DNA of 34,254 bases. It comes from Thelocarpon superellum (taxonomy: Eukaryota). The notes beneath the pieces are model-generated. The model saw only the letters and a program-made list of their open reading frames with translations. It was not told the DNA's origin and did not search any database. The DNA lies in contig JAPEUG010000172.1 in NCBI GenBank assembly GCA_026025795.1, forward strand, positions 1 through 34,254. Direction: 5' to 3'. Each line of letters begins with the position of its first letter. Position 1 is the stretch's first letter. A program made the position numbers and the translations under genes. This document shows positions 34,090-34,254 of the stretch, one piece after another.

Positions 34090-34254
34090 ACAGTATTCAC
34101 CTACTTTCCGCCCACACCTACTTTCCACCCACTTTTCTCTCAACCCTACCTCCACAATCAGCTACAACTCCACCACCACAGCTTCTACTTATCAATCCTC
34201 AAAGATGTAAGTAGACAAGACCTTAAGCTATCATTTGAACCTAGGTTGATGATG
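34090..34254. mobile_element. Probable terminus of a second transposon (Tc1/mariner-pogo-like), truncated by the window
   Basis: Begins (A)CAGT right after TA of the microsatellite. Tandem 17-mers CACCTACTTTCC(G/A)CCCA at 34098-34114 and 34115-34131. CpG-poor sequence continues. Confidence 0.4.

Overview
Eukaryotic, intron-containing DNA from a filamentous ascomycete (inferred from GT-AG introns of mostly 52-120 nt with CTRAY-like branch sites and from the gene set). The left 24 kb is GC-rich and gene-dense. It holds the 3' end of a Gtr2/RagC-like GTPase, a cytochrome-b5-like heme/steroid-binding protein, RPS25, an uncharacterised secreted Cys-rich protein, a WDR8/WRAP73-like WD40 protein, a MoaA-MoaC (cnxABC/MOCS1-type) locus, a divergent MDR/SDR oxidoreductase pair, a bZIP factor, long-form RNase Z and an orphan Myb/SANT-like gene. 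At the MoaA-MoaC locus, two overlapping 5' splice donors 4 nt apart give either MoaA ending in Gly-Gly-stop or a MoaA-MoaC fusion. The right 9 kb (25025-34078) is one complete but decayed DNA transposon. It has 44-bp TIRs, a TA target duplication inside a (TAG)n microsatellite, subterminal repeats, a CMC/EnSpm-like transposase pseudogene and one or two additional unknown genes. It is strongly CpG-depleted. A probable second element starts right after it. All family assignments come from motif recognition by eye; no searches were run.
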